Made by a program: the position numbers and the translations under genes
Notes under the pieces: model-generated
Databases searched by the model: none
What the model was told of the DNA's origin: nothing
Seen by the model: the letters and a program-made list of their open reading frames with translations, nothing else
IMG/VR virus record: IMGVR_UViG_2799112742_000018
Span: 32,001-96,000 of that record
Reading direction: 5' to 3' (one strand)
Length of the DNA: 64,000 nt
Source of the DNA: a virus
Taxonomy: Duplodnaviria > Caudoviricetes
Shown: piece after piece, positions 1 to 9,199 of the stretch
Layout of the letters: every line of letters begins with the position of its first letter
How positions within the stretch are numbered: the first letter of the stretch is position 1

Positions 1-441
1 CGTATTGAAACGTATCGGAACATGTTTACCCCAGTATTTGATTTCATCAGGAAACAACTCACGAATTTTGTCCTTCACATTTGCCTCAATCACAGTTAGA
101 AGTGCGTTCAATGGGGTTGCACTAATTGGCTTCAATGAAACTCCATCATACAGATAGATGTCACTCTTAAAGCACTCAGCATCCTGATTTACAGCATACC
201 CGATTGAGAGAGAGTTTGAACCCATGAAGATAAATCTTCGGGTTTCATTCTTCTTCAGCTTCTCCACAATATCGAATATGTCAATCAGCTCCAGATGTGT
301 ATGGCTTTGTGTAACGCTCCATACGAAACAGCCATCGTAGTCTTTGAGTGTCTCCATGTCAAACTTGTAAAAGTCAGACTTGAACTGCTCCATTTTCTCC
401 TCCACAATATCTGTCATTGCATTAATTATTTTCTTATTCAT
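1..441 (-). CDS. hypothetical protein, truncated by the window edge
   Basis: ATG at 441 with GGAGG 6 nt upstream; open frame MNKKIINAMTDIVEEKMEQFKSDFY... runs to position 1; not in the ORF track. Confidence 0.75.
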   Translation of the reverse strand, partial: MNKKIINAMTDIVEEKMEQFKSDFYKFDMETLKDYDGCFVWSVTQSHTHLELIDIFDIVEKLKKNETRRFIFMGSNSLSIGYAVNQDAECFKSDIYLYDGVSLKPISATPLNALLTVIEANVKDKIRELFPDEIKYWGKHVPIRFNT

Positions 442-456
442 ATTACTCCTCCTATG

Positions 457-927
457 TTAGAAATAAACCTGTAGTGTCTGTTCACCCATTGTACAGAACA
501 CATCATCTCCTTGTGCGCAGCCTTTGTGTATAGAGTACTGATTGCCTGCAAAAACTCGCTTTATTCCAAAGCAGTCAACAAACAGCCACTCAATACGAAG
601 AAAGTGTCCATCTATCCAAATCTCATGCAGTTTTAATGAGTCCAATGCAACATGGTGTCTTCCATTGTCTTCCTGAGCCGCATACATTTCGTTTTGCTTA
701 CGAAGTGTATTAATATCGCTTATAACTGCGATGGAAAAATCAAGCTTGTATGCTTGCTCCCCACGCCGCATTGCATCTTCCCTCGGAATGAGAACCAATG
801 CCTTAACTCCGTCTCTCCATGTTCCTTTGTCACCACGAAGAAACTTCTCACTCATATAAAAGTCAACATCTGACTTTATGGGAACACAACCAACAATCGT
901 GCTGAAAGTTACTATAACTTTGTCCAT
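457..927 (-). CDS. hypothetical phage protein
   Basis: 156-aa ORF in a tightly packed minus-strand operon; AGGAGG upstream. Confidence 0.75.
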   Translation of the reverse strand: MDKVIVTFSTIVGCVPIKSDVDFYMSEKFLRGDKGTWRDGVKALVLIPREDAMRRGEQAYKLDFSIAVISDINTLRKQNEMYAAQEDNGRHHVALDSLKLHEIWIDGHFLRIEWLFVDCFGIKRVFAGNQYSIHKGCAQGDDVFCTMGEQTLQVYF

Positions 928-938
928 ACTCAGTCCTC

Positions 939-1412
939 CTATTCTTCTGGTGTATCATCAACAATTATCAGATTGTTTGGGTTAAATCGCTCATCAGCAA
1001 GATGAATGTAGGCATTGATAAAATCCTCAAGTGAATAAAACATCACTCTTGGCATATAGCCTCCAATTTGCTTGACAGAGAATGCGCTACTCCATACCAT
1101 ATTTCGCTCATGTCCATTTTCTTCTGTTATTTTGCAGAAATCAAAGGTGGTTAATAATCTGTAGAAATTGCGGCCTACCTCTTTGTGTCTCAGGGCAAAG
1201 CATGAGTGTTCATTTGAAAGCTGGCTATCCACCTCCACTCCATAGATGCTCACAACTCTCAACTCACCATTCACCTCATCAACTCTGATATGTCTTTTAA
1301 TCCAATCACCATTGTCATTCTTCACTCTTAGCATGTCAAGAGATGGGAATTGTCCGAATGTATTGTTGATTGCCTCCAACGTCTTCTTTTTAATTTCAGA
1401 AATTTCTTTCAT
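939..1412 (-). CDS. hypothetical phage protein
   Basis: 157-aa ORF; AGGAGG upstream; operon packing. Confidence 0.75.
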   Translation of the reverse strand: MKEISEIKKKTLEAINNTFGQFPSLDMLRVKNDNGDWIKRHIRVDEVNGELRVVSIYGVEVDSQLSNEHSCFALRHKEVGRNFYRLLTTFDFCKITEENGHERNMVWSSAFSVKQIGGYMPRVMFYSLEDFINAYIHLADERFNPNNLIIVDDTPEE

Positions 1413-1423
1413 TTTCAGTCCTC

Positions 1424-2077
1424 CTATCCTAAACTAAATTGCCAACTATATTCGTAATAATGTCCTTCACACTCCAGGAAAACCCTATTGTGTTTGAAGT
1501 CCCTGTCTATCACTTTGTATTTTATAACCATGTCTTCCAAATCTCCTGAGTAGAATCTCACACATCTTTCTTCAAGAAGATGAGGCTCATCAAATGAACA
1601 TCTCAACTCTGGGCGATGCTTCAATGGCTCATCGTACTCTTCTTTGGTTATAATTCTCATTTCACCAAGATGCTCATGCTTGCGGTCAACTCGCAAGTAG
1701 AACTGCTTAGTGTGTTTATATCCAAAACGTGCCTCCCATCTTTCAAAGTGGGCACATGGATTTGGAAAACCCATCCAATACAGATTATACACCGCAGCCA
1801 CCGCATATCTCGCATCTGAGTCCATTATTCTCCAACATTCAAATGGGAAATTATATATCATAGTGAAATTATGAGATGGACTCCATGACATTGCATTTGC
1901 CCCATACACATTCTTGCTCACAATGTTCAACAATGTCTTGTATGCGGTCTCGTAATCTCCAGCCATTTCTGCTTTATGGCATTTTATTACTTCCCTCATC
2001 CTTGACTTCTTGTTGTACTTGTCAGTCCTGCGTGATCCAAACAATTTGGTCACACATTGCATCAGATTATAGTTCAT
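1424..2077 (-). CDS. hypothetical phage protein
   Basis: Long ORF; the ATG at 2077 is 7 nt from GGAGG (track uses GTG at 2083). Confidence 0.75.
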   Translation of the reverse strand: MNYNLMQCVTKLFGSRRTDKYNKKSRMREVIKCHKAEMAGDYETAYKTLLNIVSKNVYGANAMSWSPSHNFTMIYNFPFECWRIMDSDARYAVAAVYNLYWMGFPNPCAHFERWEARFGYKHTKQFYLRVDRKHEHLGEMRIITKEEYDEPLKHRPELRCSFDEPHLLEERCVRFYSGDLEDMVIKYKVIDRDFKHNRVFLECEGHYYEYSWQFSLG

Positions 2078-2079
2078 AC

Positions 2080-2379
2080 TCACTCCTCCTTGATTGTTGT
2101 ATCATTTGCAAACTCCTTGTGTTCATCCATCTCAGAAATAAGATGTCTGTATGCCTCAGTAGTCTCAAAGACCTCAGCCGCTTTCAAGTCAGTTATCTCA
2201 GTCTGAGCGAGAGCCGCACGATACAGATGCAGTCTTTGTTCAGCATCAATGTGCATAGACTCCAGTCTGTCAATTCTGTCTTTAAGCTGGTCATTCTCAA
2301 AACTCAGTTCACAGATGCCACTCACTACCCATACAGCAGCAAAGAATGCCACTACACATATTGTTGCGAATTGTTTCAT
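2080..2379 (-). CDS. membrane-anchored coiled-coil protein
   Basis: N-terminal hydrophobic helix followed by a heptad-rich segment. Confidence 0.7.
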   Translation of the reverse strand: MKQFATICVVAFFAAVWVVSGICELSFENDQLKDRIDRLESMHIDAEQRLHLYRAALAQTEITDLKAAEVFETTEAYRHLISEMDEHKEFANDTTIKEE

Positions 2380-2393
2380 TGTCTGTCCTCCAG

Positions 2394-2696
2394 TTATATT
2401 CTCTTATGCAATTCACACCACTCATTCGCCTTAGTGATAGACTTGAAATGCTTGTCAATCACCTTTCCGTCAGCCTCCACTCGGAAATCACCCTTACCCA
2501 TCTTGACAATAGTAAGATTATCATACACCTCACCCTTTGGCTTGAAAACCGTTGGTGTTACAACTGCCTTTGGCTTCTCTATTGCAGACAACACAACTAC
2601 CTTTGTAGCATTCTTTACGTTTGTAGCTACTGACTTGCAGAAATTCAAAGCCTCAGCGAGTGCCTTGTCTGCCTTACGCATTTTCTTGTTGTTCAT
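2394..2696 (-). CDS. Lys-rich hypothetical protein
   Basis: 100-aa ORF with A-rich start context. Confidence 0.7.
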   Translation of the reverse strand: MNNKKMRKADKALAEALNFCKSVATNVKNATKVVVLSAIEKPKAVVTPTVFKPKGEVYDNLTIVKMGKGDFRVEADGKVIDKHFKSITKANEWCELHKRI

Positions 2697-2785
2697 ATTT
2701 TGCTCAGTTTAGTTTTAATTTCTACATTCAGTAATAGTTACGCTTTCAGTCAAATCCTTCAGCATTAACTTACTTTAACTAAAAA

Positions 2786-2811
2786 GCGCTGACAGATTAC
2801 TCCGTCAGCGC
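2786..2811 (-). terminator. intrinsic terminator
   Basis: GCGCTGAC/GTCAGCGC stem followed by a T-run on the minus strand. Confidence 0.65.
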
Positions 2812-2828
2812 CCAATTAACAACTACAA

Positions 2829-3110
2829 CTAAATGACCTTTCTTGTCCCGAATAAGCGCTCATATAACTCAGCACTCTTTTCAAGTGCAAGCGCTTTCAA
2901 CTCCCTCAGATGTTCCTCACTCATGCGCTGTTCCTCACGCTCATGACGAGCCTTAAAACGTGCAGCATACCAATTCTTGCCTCTAAATGGGCGCTTAGGC
3001 TGCTCTGGTGAAGCGCTCATTACGCGCTCCACCATACGACAGCTATGCTTACTTGTGTGGTACTCCACCTCAACAAGGCGGTGTCCTTCGATTATCAATT
3101 CTTTTCTCAT
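2829..3110 (-). CDS. basic hypothetical protein
   Basis: 93-aa ORF adjacent to the upstream gene. Confidence 0.7.
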   Translation of the reverse strand: MRKELIIEGHRLVEVEYHTSKHSCRMVERVMSASPEQPKRPFRGKNWYAARFKARHEREEQRMSEEHLRELKALALEKSAELYERLFGTRKVI

Positions 3111-3113
3111 GGC

Positions 3114-3407
3114 TTATTTCTTTATCAGGTTCTCACGTTCTGTCTTCAGTGCCATAAGGCGGTCATTTAGTATGTCGAATACCACTCCCTTGTCAGCACC
3201 CATCATCTCCTTGAGGACAATGATGATTTTCTCATTCAGCTTTTCAGCCTCCTCATTTGTCTTCTCCACTGCCATTGGTACAGGATGGATAGCTACTGGG
3301 ATTGTGTCAGGACATACACCGCCCTTGATAAGATTGTTTGATTTTGACTCAGCATTAGCGCTCATGCTAACAAGTGCAACCATTGTTGCGAGAATAAGTT
3401 TCTTCAT
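3114..3407 (-). CDS. exported hypothetical protein
   Basis: Signal peptide MKKLILATMVALVSMSANA. Confidence 0.7.
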   Translation of the reverse strand: MKKLILATMVALVSMSANAESKSNNLIKGGVCPDTIPVAIHPVPMAVEKTNEEAEKLNEKIIIVLKEMMGADKGVVFDILNDRLMALKTERENLIKK

Positions 3408-3453
3408 AATTGTTTGTTTTTGATTAATTAATTGATTGATTTGAAATTATCCC

Positions 3454-3552
3454 TCAGAAATTAGTTGAGGGTGTGTAAAAGAATGCACTCAGAACCAATA
3501 CAGCCACGAATATGACTGCGATTACCAGTGTCTCATAGTCGTTTCTGTCCAT
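3454..3552 (-). CDS. 32-aa single-TM small protein
   Basis: MDRNDYETLVIAVIFVAVLVLSAFFYTPSTNF; starts 3 nt after the upstream stop; below track cutoff. Confidence 0.5.
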   Translation of the reverse strand: MDRNDYETLVIAVIFVAVLVLSAFFYTPSTNF

Positions 3553-3555
3553 AGC

Positions 3556-3690
3556 TCAGTTCTTGTAGAAATACTGACCTTGAGTAGTTGTACAACCACC
3601 ACTCCAGCCTTGTTTGCTGTATATCTCACGCATAGGGTTCTTGAAACCCTTGATGAACACTAATTTGCTACTTATTTTACGTACTCCCAT
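3556..3690 (-). CDS. 44-aa small protein
   Basis: MGVRKISSKLVFIKGFKNPMREIYSKQGWSGGCTTTQGQYFYKN; AAGGAGG upstream; below track cutoff. Confidence 0.55.
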   Translation of the reverse strand: MGVRKISSKLVFIKGFKNPMREIYSKQGWSGGCTTTQGQYFYKN

Positions 3691-3693
3691 GAT

Positions 3694-3999
3694 TTAGTCC
3701 TCCTTAATTTTGATGTTTAGTTCCTTGCAAATCTGTGCTTTTATGTCTTTGTTCAAATACTGGCGGTAAAACTTATTGTTCTTGCTCAGCTTGCATACAT
3801 AACACGCTCCAGACTTCTTATTTACGATAATAGGATAGGAATTACCCCTTGAGTCCTCGTACTTGTACTGAGTAACCAATGTGTCACGCACATAGGTCTT
3901 CCTCTCAGCCTTAAATACGTTTCCACTCCTTGAAACACTCTGGGCACTCATGCTACATACTGCTAACAAAAGTGCGAAAATGATATATAATTTTTTCAT
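3694..3999 (-). CDS. exported hypothetical protein
   Basis: Signal peptide MKKLYIIFALLLAVCSMSA. Confidence 0.75.
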   Translation of the reverse strand: MKKLYIIFALLLAVCSMSAQSVSRSGNVFKAERKTYVRDTLVTQYKYEDSRGNSYPIIVNKKSGACYVCKLSKNNKFYRQYLNKDIKAQICKELNIKIKED

Positions 4000-4025
4000 C
4001 GTTTTGCTCAGTTTTGATATAAAAT

Positions 4026-4056
4026 GAGTGACCTACTCTCACGAGCAAGTCACCCC
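4026..4056 (-). terminator. intrinsic terminator
   Basis: GTGAC/GTCAC stem with GUGA tetraloop and T-run on the minus strand. Confidence 0.55.
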
Positions 4057-4076
4057 GAATAACAATTCTATGTTGC

Positions 4077-4514
4077 TTATGCTGCTTTTATTCCTGTCAG
4101 CTTAACGAACTCCTTGAGGTTCTTCTCAGGCACCTTGTACCCATGAACATAACCCCAGTACTTGCAGAGCTTGCTCAGCTTGCCATTCGTCAGGAGGTCA
4201 TGGAGATGCTTGGTAGCCTTCTCGTCCTTGCCTGTGAGGATGTAGAGGGTTGACTCCGTACCATCCAACTTGACGTACTTCTTGAGCTTCAGTCCGAGCT
4301 TCTTGATGATCTTTGCATCAATAGTCATGAACTGCTCGACTCCCTGGAATGTACGTGCGACTGCCTCCTTTGCCTCAGCGCTCACCTTTGTCTTGATAGT
4401 CACTTTCTTCTTGATTGTGACGTTCTTCTTTGTTGACTCACTTGCAGCCTTAGCCACGTTCTTCACACTCTTCTTCTCAGCTTTAGGTGCTGTAACCTTC
4501 TTTGTCTGTTTCAT
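4077..4514 (-). CDS. Lys/Ala-rich basic protein, possibly DNA-binding
   Basis: Histone H1-like K/A/T-rich N-terminus. Confidence 0.75.
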   Translation of the reverse strand: MKQTKKVTAPKAEKKSVKNVAKAASESTKKNVTIKKKVTIKTKVSAEAKEAVARTFQGVEQFMTIDAKIIKKLGLKLKKYVKLDGTESTLYILTGKDEKATKHLHDLLTNGKLSKLCKYWGYVHGYKVPEKNLKEFVKLTGIKAA

Positions 4515-4538
4515 AATTGTAGTTTGTTTGATTGATTG

Positions 4539-4871
4539 TTATATTAAGTTTAATAACTCACTCAGCATTTTGTCTGACAGAACCAAAACTCCATGCTTGC
4601 TCTTCTCTGCAAAGAAAAACTCAATTCTGCTCCTTGCGTCACGTTTAGCCTCCTCCAATTTGGCTTGGATATGCTCAGAACATGACTCTTGCTTTGCATA
4701 ATTGTAGCCCTCATGGATGCCAACTTTGTAGCAGTCCATTGCATGTGCCCCGAATATGCCCTCGACTTCTGGCATTCCCTCAGCTAATATTTTCTTTATG
4801 TCAGCCATATTTTTATCTCCTATGTTTTTATGCCCAGTCATCTGGAATTGTACTTTCAGTTTGCTCCTCAA
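4539..4871 (-). CDS. hypothetical protein (start uncertain)
   Basis: ORF within the operon. Confidence 0.65.
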   Translation of the reverse strand: MRSKLKVQFQMTGHKNIGDKNMADIKKILAEGMPEVEGIFGAHAMDCYKVGIHEGYNYAKQESCSEHIQAKLEEAKRDARSRIEFFFAEKSKHGVLVLSDKMLSELLNLI

Positions 4872-5262
4872 AAACTTGCATCATGTTAGTCAGTTCACCC
4901 CACTCCCATTCGCCAGTCCTCTTAATCATTTTCCACTTGTCTCTGACAGGAAAAATATACGTACACAACACTCCTCCGAATGTACCATAGTGATAGCGAC
5001 TCTCGATGTCATTGAGGTCACTTGGACTTGACTCAGGTGTTATGAACTCAGTCCCGACAGCATTCAGTAAAAATGACTGAATAGCCTCTTCCGAGAGTTT
5101 TCCACTCACAATGACTGCGGGTTCATTATCATCGCTCACACTCAGTAAGTGATTGTTACTTATGCCTTTCTTGGCAAGGTTCTCCAACAATGTCTGAAGG
5201 ATGTAGCAAGCATCTGCAAGCTCACTCCATTGCCATGCCGTATTGTCTTTACAAAGTCTCAT
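4828..5262 (-). CDS. hypothetical protein
   Basis: ATG at 5262 overlaps the upstream stop (ATGA) with GGAGG 7 nt upstream. Confidence 0.7.
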   Translation of the reverse strand: MRLCKDNTAWQWSELADACYILQTLLENLAKKGISNNHLLSVSDDNEPAVIVSGKLSEEAIQSFLLNAVGTEFITPESSPSDLNDIESRYHYGTFGGVLCTYIFPVRDKWKMIKRTGEWEWGELTNMMQVFEEQTESTIPDDWA

Positions 5263-5528
5263 TTTAAGCCCTCCCATTTCTTGATTTTCTTGTATATTTT
5301 AGTACTCCCGATAGCTGCTGCGGCAGTATCCACAACTCCAGCAAGCCACAGGATTATCATTACCATGTACACTCCAGCATCTGCCCATTTGAATCTGAAC
5401 ATCGGACTGCTCACTTCTTCCACAATTGTCTCGTAGAATGATATGGTCATCATGACTGTGAATATTCCGAATAAGATGCTCAGAGTAGCCATAAAGGCAA
5501 CTCCCCAATATTTCTTTATCTGTTTCAT
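5259..5528 (-). CDS. two-TM membrane protein
   Basis: Two hydrophobic segments; GGAGG upstream. Confidence 0.7.
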   Translation of the reverse strand: MKQIKKYWGVAFMATLSILFGIFTVMMTISFYETIVEEVSSPMFRFKWADAGVYMVMIILWLAGVVDTAAAAIGSTKIYKKIKKWEGLK

Positions 5529-5543
5529 TTTTAGTCCTCCAAT

Positions 5544-5684
5544 TTACTTGATAAAACACTCATCTTTCATGTCAGCAAAAGCTGCTCCATAACACTCTCT
5601 CATGCTCTGCACAGACTCCTTTGAGTCCATCGCATAGGCAGATGCTACTATCGCAGCAAGTGCCACCATTTCTCTTTTACTCAT
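5544..5684 (-). CDS. 46-aa small protein
   Basis: MSKREMVALAAIVASAYAMDSKESVQSMRECYGAAFADMKDECFIK fills the gap and overlaps the upstream gene end. Confidence 0.5.
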   Translation of the reverse strand: MSKREMVALAAIVASAYAMDSKESVQSMRECYGAAFADMKDECFIK

Positions 5685-6321
5685 ATCGTTTTGTATTTGA
5701 TTTTGTTGCACATGGGTTTGACTTGTAGATTACTCCGTACATGCCAGCCTTGATTGTATTTGTGAAATTCTCATCTTTCAGAGTCTGTGTCATATTCTTG
5801 CGATTAAAGGCTCTGTAATGATTTTTTTCTCCACGCTTCCACTCACGATGTTCAGCATGGTCAGGTGTAGAATATATGCCTGATAGAATGTCAAATGTCA
5901 CTCCTCCACGCTTTCCATGCTTTCTTGAACTATGTCCAAGACACTCCATAAAGATGTCCTGTGTCCTTGACTTACTCAATGGCTTACCAACAGACTCCCT
6001 ATTGTACCATTTGATACACTCTTCCATGTTATTTCCATGTGTATGATACAATGGGATACATTTCTTACCCTTGATGACATATCCATGACTCCTTGCAAGG
6101 GCAATATTCCTCTCTGTTGCATCCATTACTTGCCATTTCAGACCAAAACGTGCCACCACAATATGTTTTCTGTTGATAGAACACGCTCCAATATATGCAA
6201 TCTCACTCAGCTTGAAATTATCTGATGATATGCACATTTTTGATAGACACAATTTGCCTATCTCCATTCTGCTAAGTTGCTCACGTCTTGTCTTGACGTG
6301 TGCTGACTCACCTTTTCTCAT
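5677..6321 (-). CDS. basic hypothetical protein
   Basis: Long ORF; ATG at 6321 is 8 nt from GGAGG. Confidence 0.7.
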   Translation of the reverse strand: MRKGESAHVKTRREQLSRMEIGKLCLSKMCISSDNFKLSEIAYIGACSINRKHIVVARFGLKWQVMDATERNIALARSHGYVIKGKKCIPLYHTHGNNMEECIKWYNRESVGKPLSKSRTQDIFMECLGHSSRKHGKRGGVTFDILSGIYSTPDHAEHREWKRGEKNHYRAFNRKNMTQTLKDENFTNTIKAGMYGVIYKSNPCATKSNTKRYE

Positions 6322-6333
6322 TTTCAATTCCTC

Positions 6334-6540
6334 CTACTTCCAAGCTGTTATGAATTGATAATCCCTCCACAAAAGTGCATCAAAATCATCTTCGCACACC
6401 TTCTGAAGGTCTTCGATAAACTGCTCCACATCATGAGCGAGTACAGGGTTTTGCTCCTTCTTCGCTCCACACATCAGGGCAAACAAGTCCTCATAGTTTT
6501 TGCCTGTGCCGTACTTGTCATAAAAGTCTTGTACAGTCAT
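6334..6540 (-). CDS. small acidic protein
   Basis: 68-aa D/E-rich ORF. Confidence 0.65.
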   Translation of the reverse strand: MTVQDFYDKYGTGKNYEDLFALMCGAKKEQNPVLAHDVEQFIEDLQKVCEDDFDALLWRDYQFITAWK

Positions 6541-6654
6541 ACTGTCTCGCTCACTCAGGTAGAGCGCTCTCCATTTTTAATCCAACATTAGGGGAGTGGT
6601 GGGGCAGACGAACCCCACTCCATTTTACGTCCCAATCACTCCGATATAGTCCGC

Positions 6655-7314
6655 TTAGAACACCACGTCAGCCTTGTTAATCTTGTATGCGCGGCGCACC
6701 TTCTCCTTGCCGACTACCTTGCCGTCCCTGTCCTTGAGTTCGATGTCCACATACTTAGCGATGTAACACTCAGTCACAGACTCCCAAGACTTTGCAGCCT
6801 TGTCAGCCTTTTCCTGCTCCTTGGCATAGCTCTTGCTCTGTACGAGTCCACGCTTGATAGTCACCCAATTCCAACGGCATGGATCCACTTGGGTGAGTAC
6901 GTACATGCTGAATGACTCACCCTCTGGATCCTCAGCAGCCTCTTTAGATGTGTACACTCTGTACTTCTTCTCCTTACCATCTTCTTCGCTTGCCACATAA
7001 GTAGCTGGTACGTTCTTGAACACACATGAGCCAAGCACCTTGCCCTCGTCACTCTTCAGAGTCATGGCATCATGCCAACCCTTTGCGAGTGTAGCAGGAG
7101 TGTAGCCCATTTTCTTGCCCTTTGCGGACACGTAGCGGTTCACTCCATAGGTGGCAAGGAATGCCTCTACGGTGAGTCCGTCTGTGTCTGCCAAGACATC
7201 ATGATAACGTCCTGAGAGCTGATTGAGTACTGAAGAGAGCTGTCCTGTAATCTCAAGGAGAGCCTTCCAACCTTTGTTCTCTTGCTTACGTGTGATAGTT
7301 GTCTGCTTAGTCAT
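6655..7314 (-). CDS. first gene of the leftward block, hypothetical
   Basis: Long ORF with strongly biased codons; likely start MTKQTT at 7314 (track starts at 7350). Confidence 0.75.
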   Translation of the reverse strand: MTKQTTITRKQENKGWKALLEITGQLSSVLNQLSGRYHDVLADTDGLTVEAFLATYGVNRYVSAKGKKMGYTPATLAKGWHDAMTLKSDEGKVLGSCVFKNVPATYVASEEDGKEKKYRVYTSKEAAEDPEGESFSMYVLTQVDPCRWNWVTIKRGLVQSKSYAKEQEKADKAAKSWESVTECYIAKYVDIELKDRDGKVVGKEKVRRAYKINKADVVF

Positions 7315-7815
7315 AGCTGTAGATTTAGCGTGTTGCCACGCATGGAGCATCCTGTAGCCCCGCTTAATGAAACATTTAGTGAATGAATAAGTGGAAAAGG
7401 GCGCAGTCAGTACTACGTACCAATACCCACACCATGCAAGTGCATTTAGTGTGAGTCCCTTTTCCGAACACCACTATATGTCAAGCAATCTGCGACAATT
7501 CGGAAAACTAAGAGTTCTATTGCGACAATAACGCACCCTGTGCTTGTACGTTTTGCGTGAACCACCCACCCAGGGGGCGCTATGCTTATTGTATCAGAGC
7601 CAAACCTGATACGCATATTGCGATTTTGCTGCTATTCACGCATCTTTCGCTTGAGTTGTTTTTCGGGTAAATATTAACTCGCCCTATGGTGCAACCACCA
7701 TGCACCCCACTACAACCATTTACGAGGGTGACTAAATATGCCCACACATGTACATATCATCGGTATTTATTGACTACATACCTAACTATACACACTATCT
7801 AAAAGCATATAATTG

Positions 7816-7971
7816 TAGCATTCCACTACATAACGTTATAGCATTCCACTATTAACGTGCCACTACAAAGGTAGTGCGTATTGTGTGACAATAAAACAAG
7901 AGAACACTTTGTCATGTTAGCAACACATGACCACTACAAAGGTAGTGCGAAAATTAAGTAAGTACCACTAT
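7816..7971. repeat. cluster of direct repeats containing CCACTAY
   Basis: TAGCATTCCACTA(CA/T)TAACGT at 7816 and 7839; CCACTACAAAGGTAGTGCG at 7860 and 7931; CCACTAT at 7965. Confidence 0.85.
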
Positions 7972-8072
7972 AACAAGTGCAAAACAAAAGCACATTATCA
8001 TAATATCATATCAAGTATTGAAAGCGTCGGTACCTCGTTACAAGTGAGGTGTTATCCTTAACTTTCTGAGAG

Positions 8073-8080
8073 CAAATATA
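8073..8080 (-). promoter_or_regulatory. Bacteroidota-type -7 promoter box for the leftward block
   Basis: TATATTTG matches TAnnTTTG. Confidence 0.5.
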
Positions 8081-9106
8081 CGACATGAAAAGTTTCTCGC
8101 AATAGTTTAGGGTAACTTTTTTCAAAAAAAATTTTATATGAATGATTTTTCTTTATAAAGCATATAGGAATAGCGTGTACGCGCGAGGGTAACTAATTGA
8201 AAATAAGTGAGTTATAAGAAAATGAAAATTTTTTGCATTTTGATTGATTTTGATAGCGAAATTTTTGGAGAAAAAGCCGTTTTTGATAGTGAGTGAAGAC
8301 GATTTTGATACTTGATTTTTGTAGTTTGTGAAAATTGAGGTAGAAATAAGGGTTTTTAATATCAAAAACGATCAAAATAGGAAAAGAAAAGTTGAGGTAT
8401 GAAAACGAGATAACACACATATAAGCATAGCTTATTAAAGGGTATTTAAGGAAATAGAGGACAAAATTGATATTTTAGGGTATAGTGAAAAGCACTAAAA
8501 GCACCGAAAGACTAAAAAGTGGAAAAATAGAACAAAAGATACAGAAAAATAGAAAAGTTTCACTTATTGCAAAAGTGAAACAAGACAAGACTAAAAACCT
8601 TAATAGAATATACTGAGAGGCACATTTAACCAAAAAAAGAGGGGAGGGTGTCCCCGAAAACTGGAAGGGCACACGTAAAATTTTCCAAATTTTCAAGTCC
8701 CATTTTTCTAACCCCATCCGCACCCATCCTCACTTATAGAACCCCTCAAAAACCCACATTTTCACCATTTTTCACCCATCCGCACCTGACCACACACGCC
8801 CGATTCCCTATAAATTAGCCTCTCTGTGACGTTTTCTCGTCCTAACCCTTACAACCTCCCACCTCACCCTTAAAAAACGCCTCAAAACGCCTAATTTTTA
8901 AGCCTTTCATTTTTAGTCAATTATTAAGAAACGTTCCCGAAGGGAACAGGCACGAAGTGCATTACCAAATAAACCCCATAAAACCACCTTATTTTCCCCA
9001 AAAATCTTTTCCGAATTATAAAAAACCTTAAAAAACACACCCCAAAAATTTTTTCGGCCTCATTTTCAAGTCCGATTTTCCTATTATTTATCGGTAATAC
9101 TCATAA

Positions 9107-9199
9107 GCCAGCCCCATCCCAGACTGATGACCTAATGGTACGGTGATACATATATAGCGATGTAGGTTCGAGTCCTTCCTTTCTGGGATCGGGACTGGC
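9107..9199 (+). ncRNA. tRNA-like RNA with D and T loops, extended stem and no normal anticodon arm
   Basis: GCCAG/CTGGC and ATCCCAGA/TCTGGGAT stems enclose ACC-TAATGGTAC-GGT and GG-TTCGAGT-CC; CTATTATT motif at 9081. Confidence 0.55.

Noticed and set aside
652-6591. Plus-strand ORFs over the early block, including 1876-2712
   Set aside because: Antisense shadows of a tightly packed minus-strand operon that has its own ribosome-binding signals
7816-7971. Possible CRISPR or mini-array
   Set aside because: Only two copies of each repeat, irregular spacing and no cas genes in the window
8153-8723. Three minus-strand ORFs in the large spacer
   Set aside because: F/L/I/S-rich translations expected from skewed low-complexity DNA; no start context
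9124-9130. CTGATGA hammerhead ribozyme core
   Set aside because: No matching GAAA segment or three-stem junction; D/T-loop features explain the region better
9107-9199. Canonical tRNA gene
   Set aside because: No formable anticodon stem-loop, mismatched acceptor stem and no CCA
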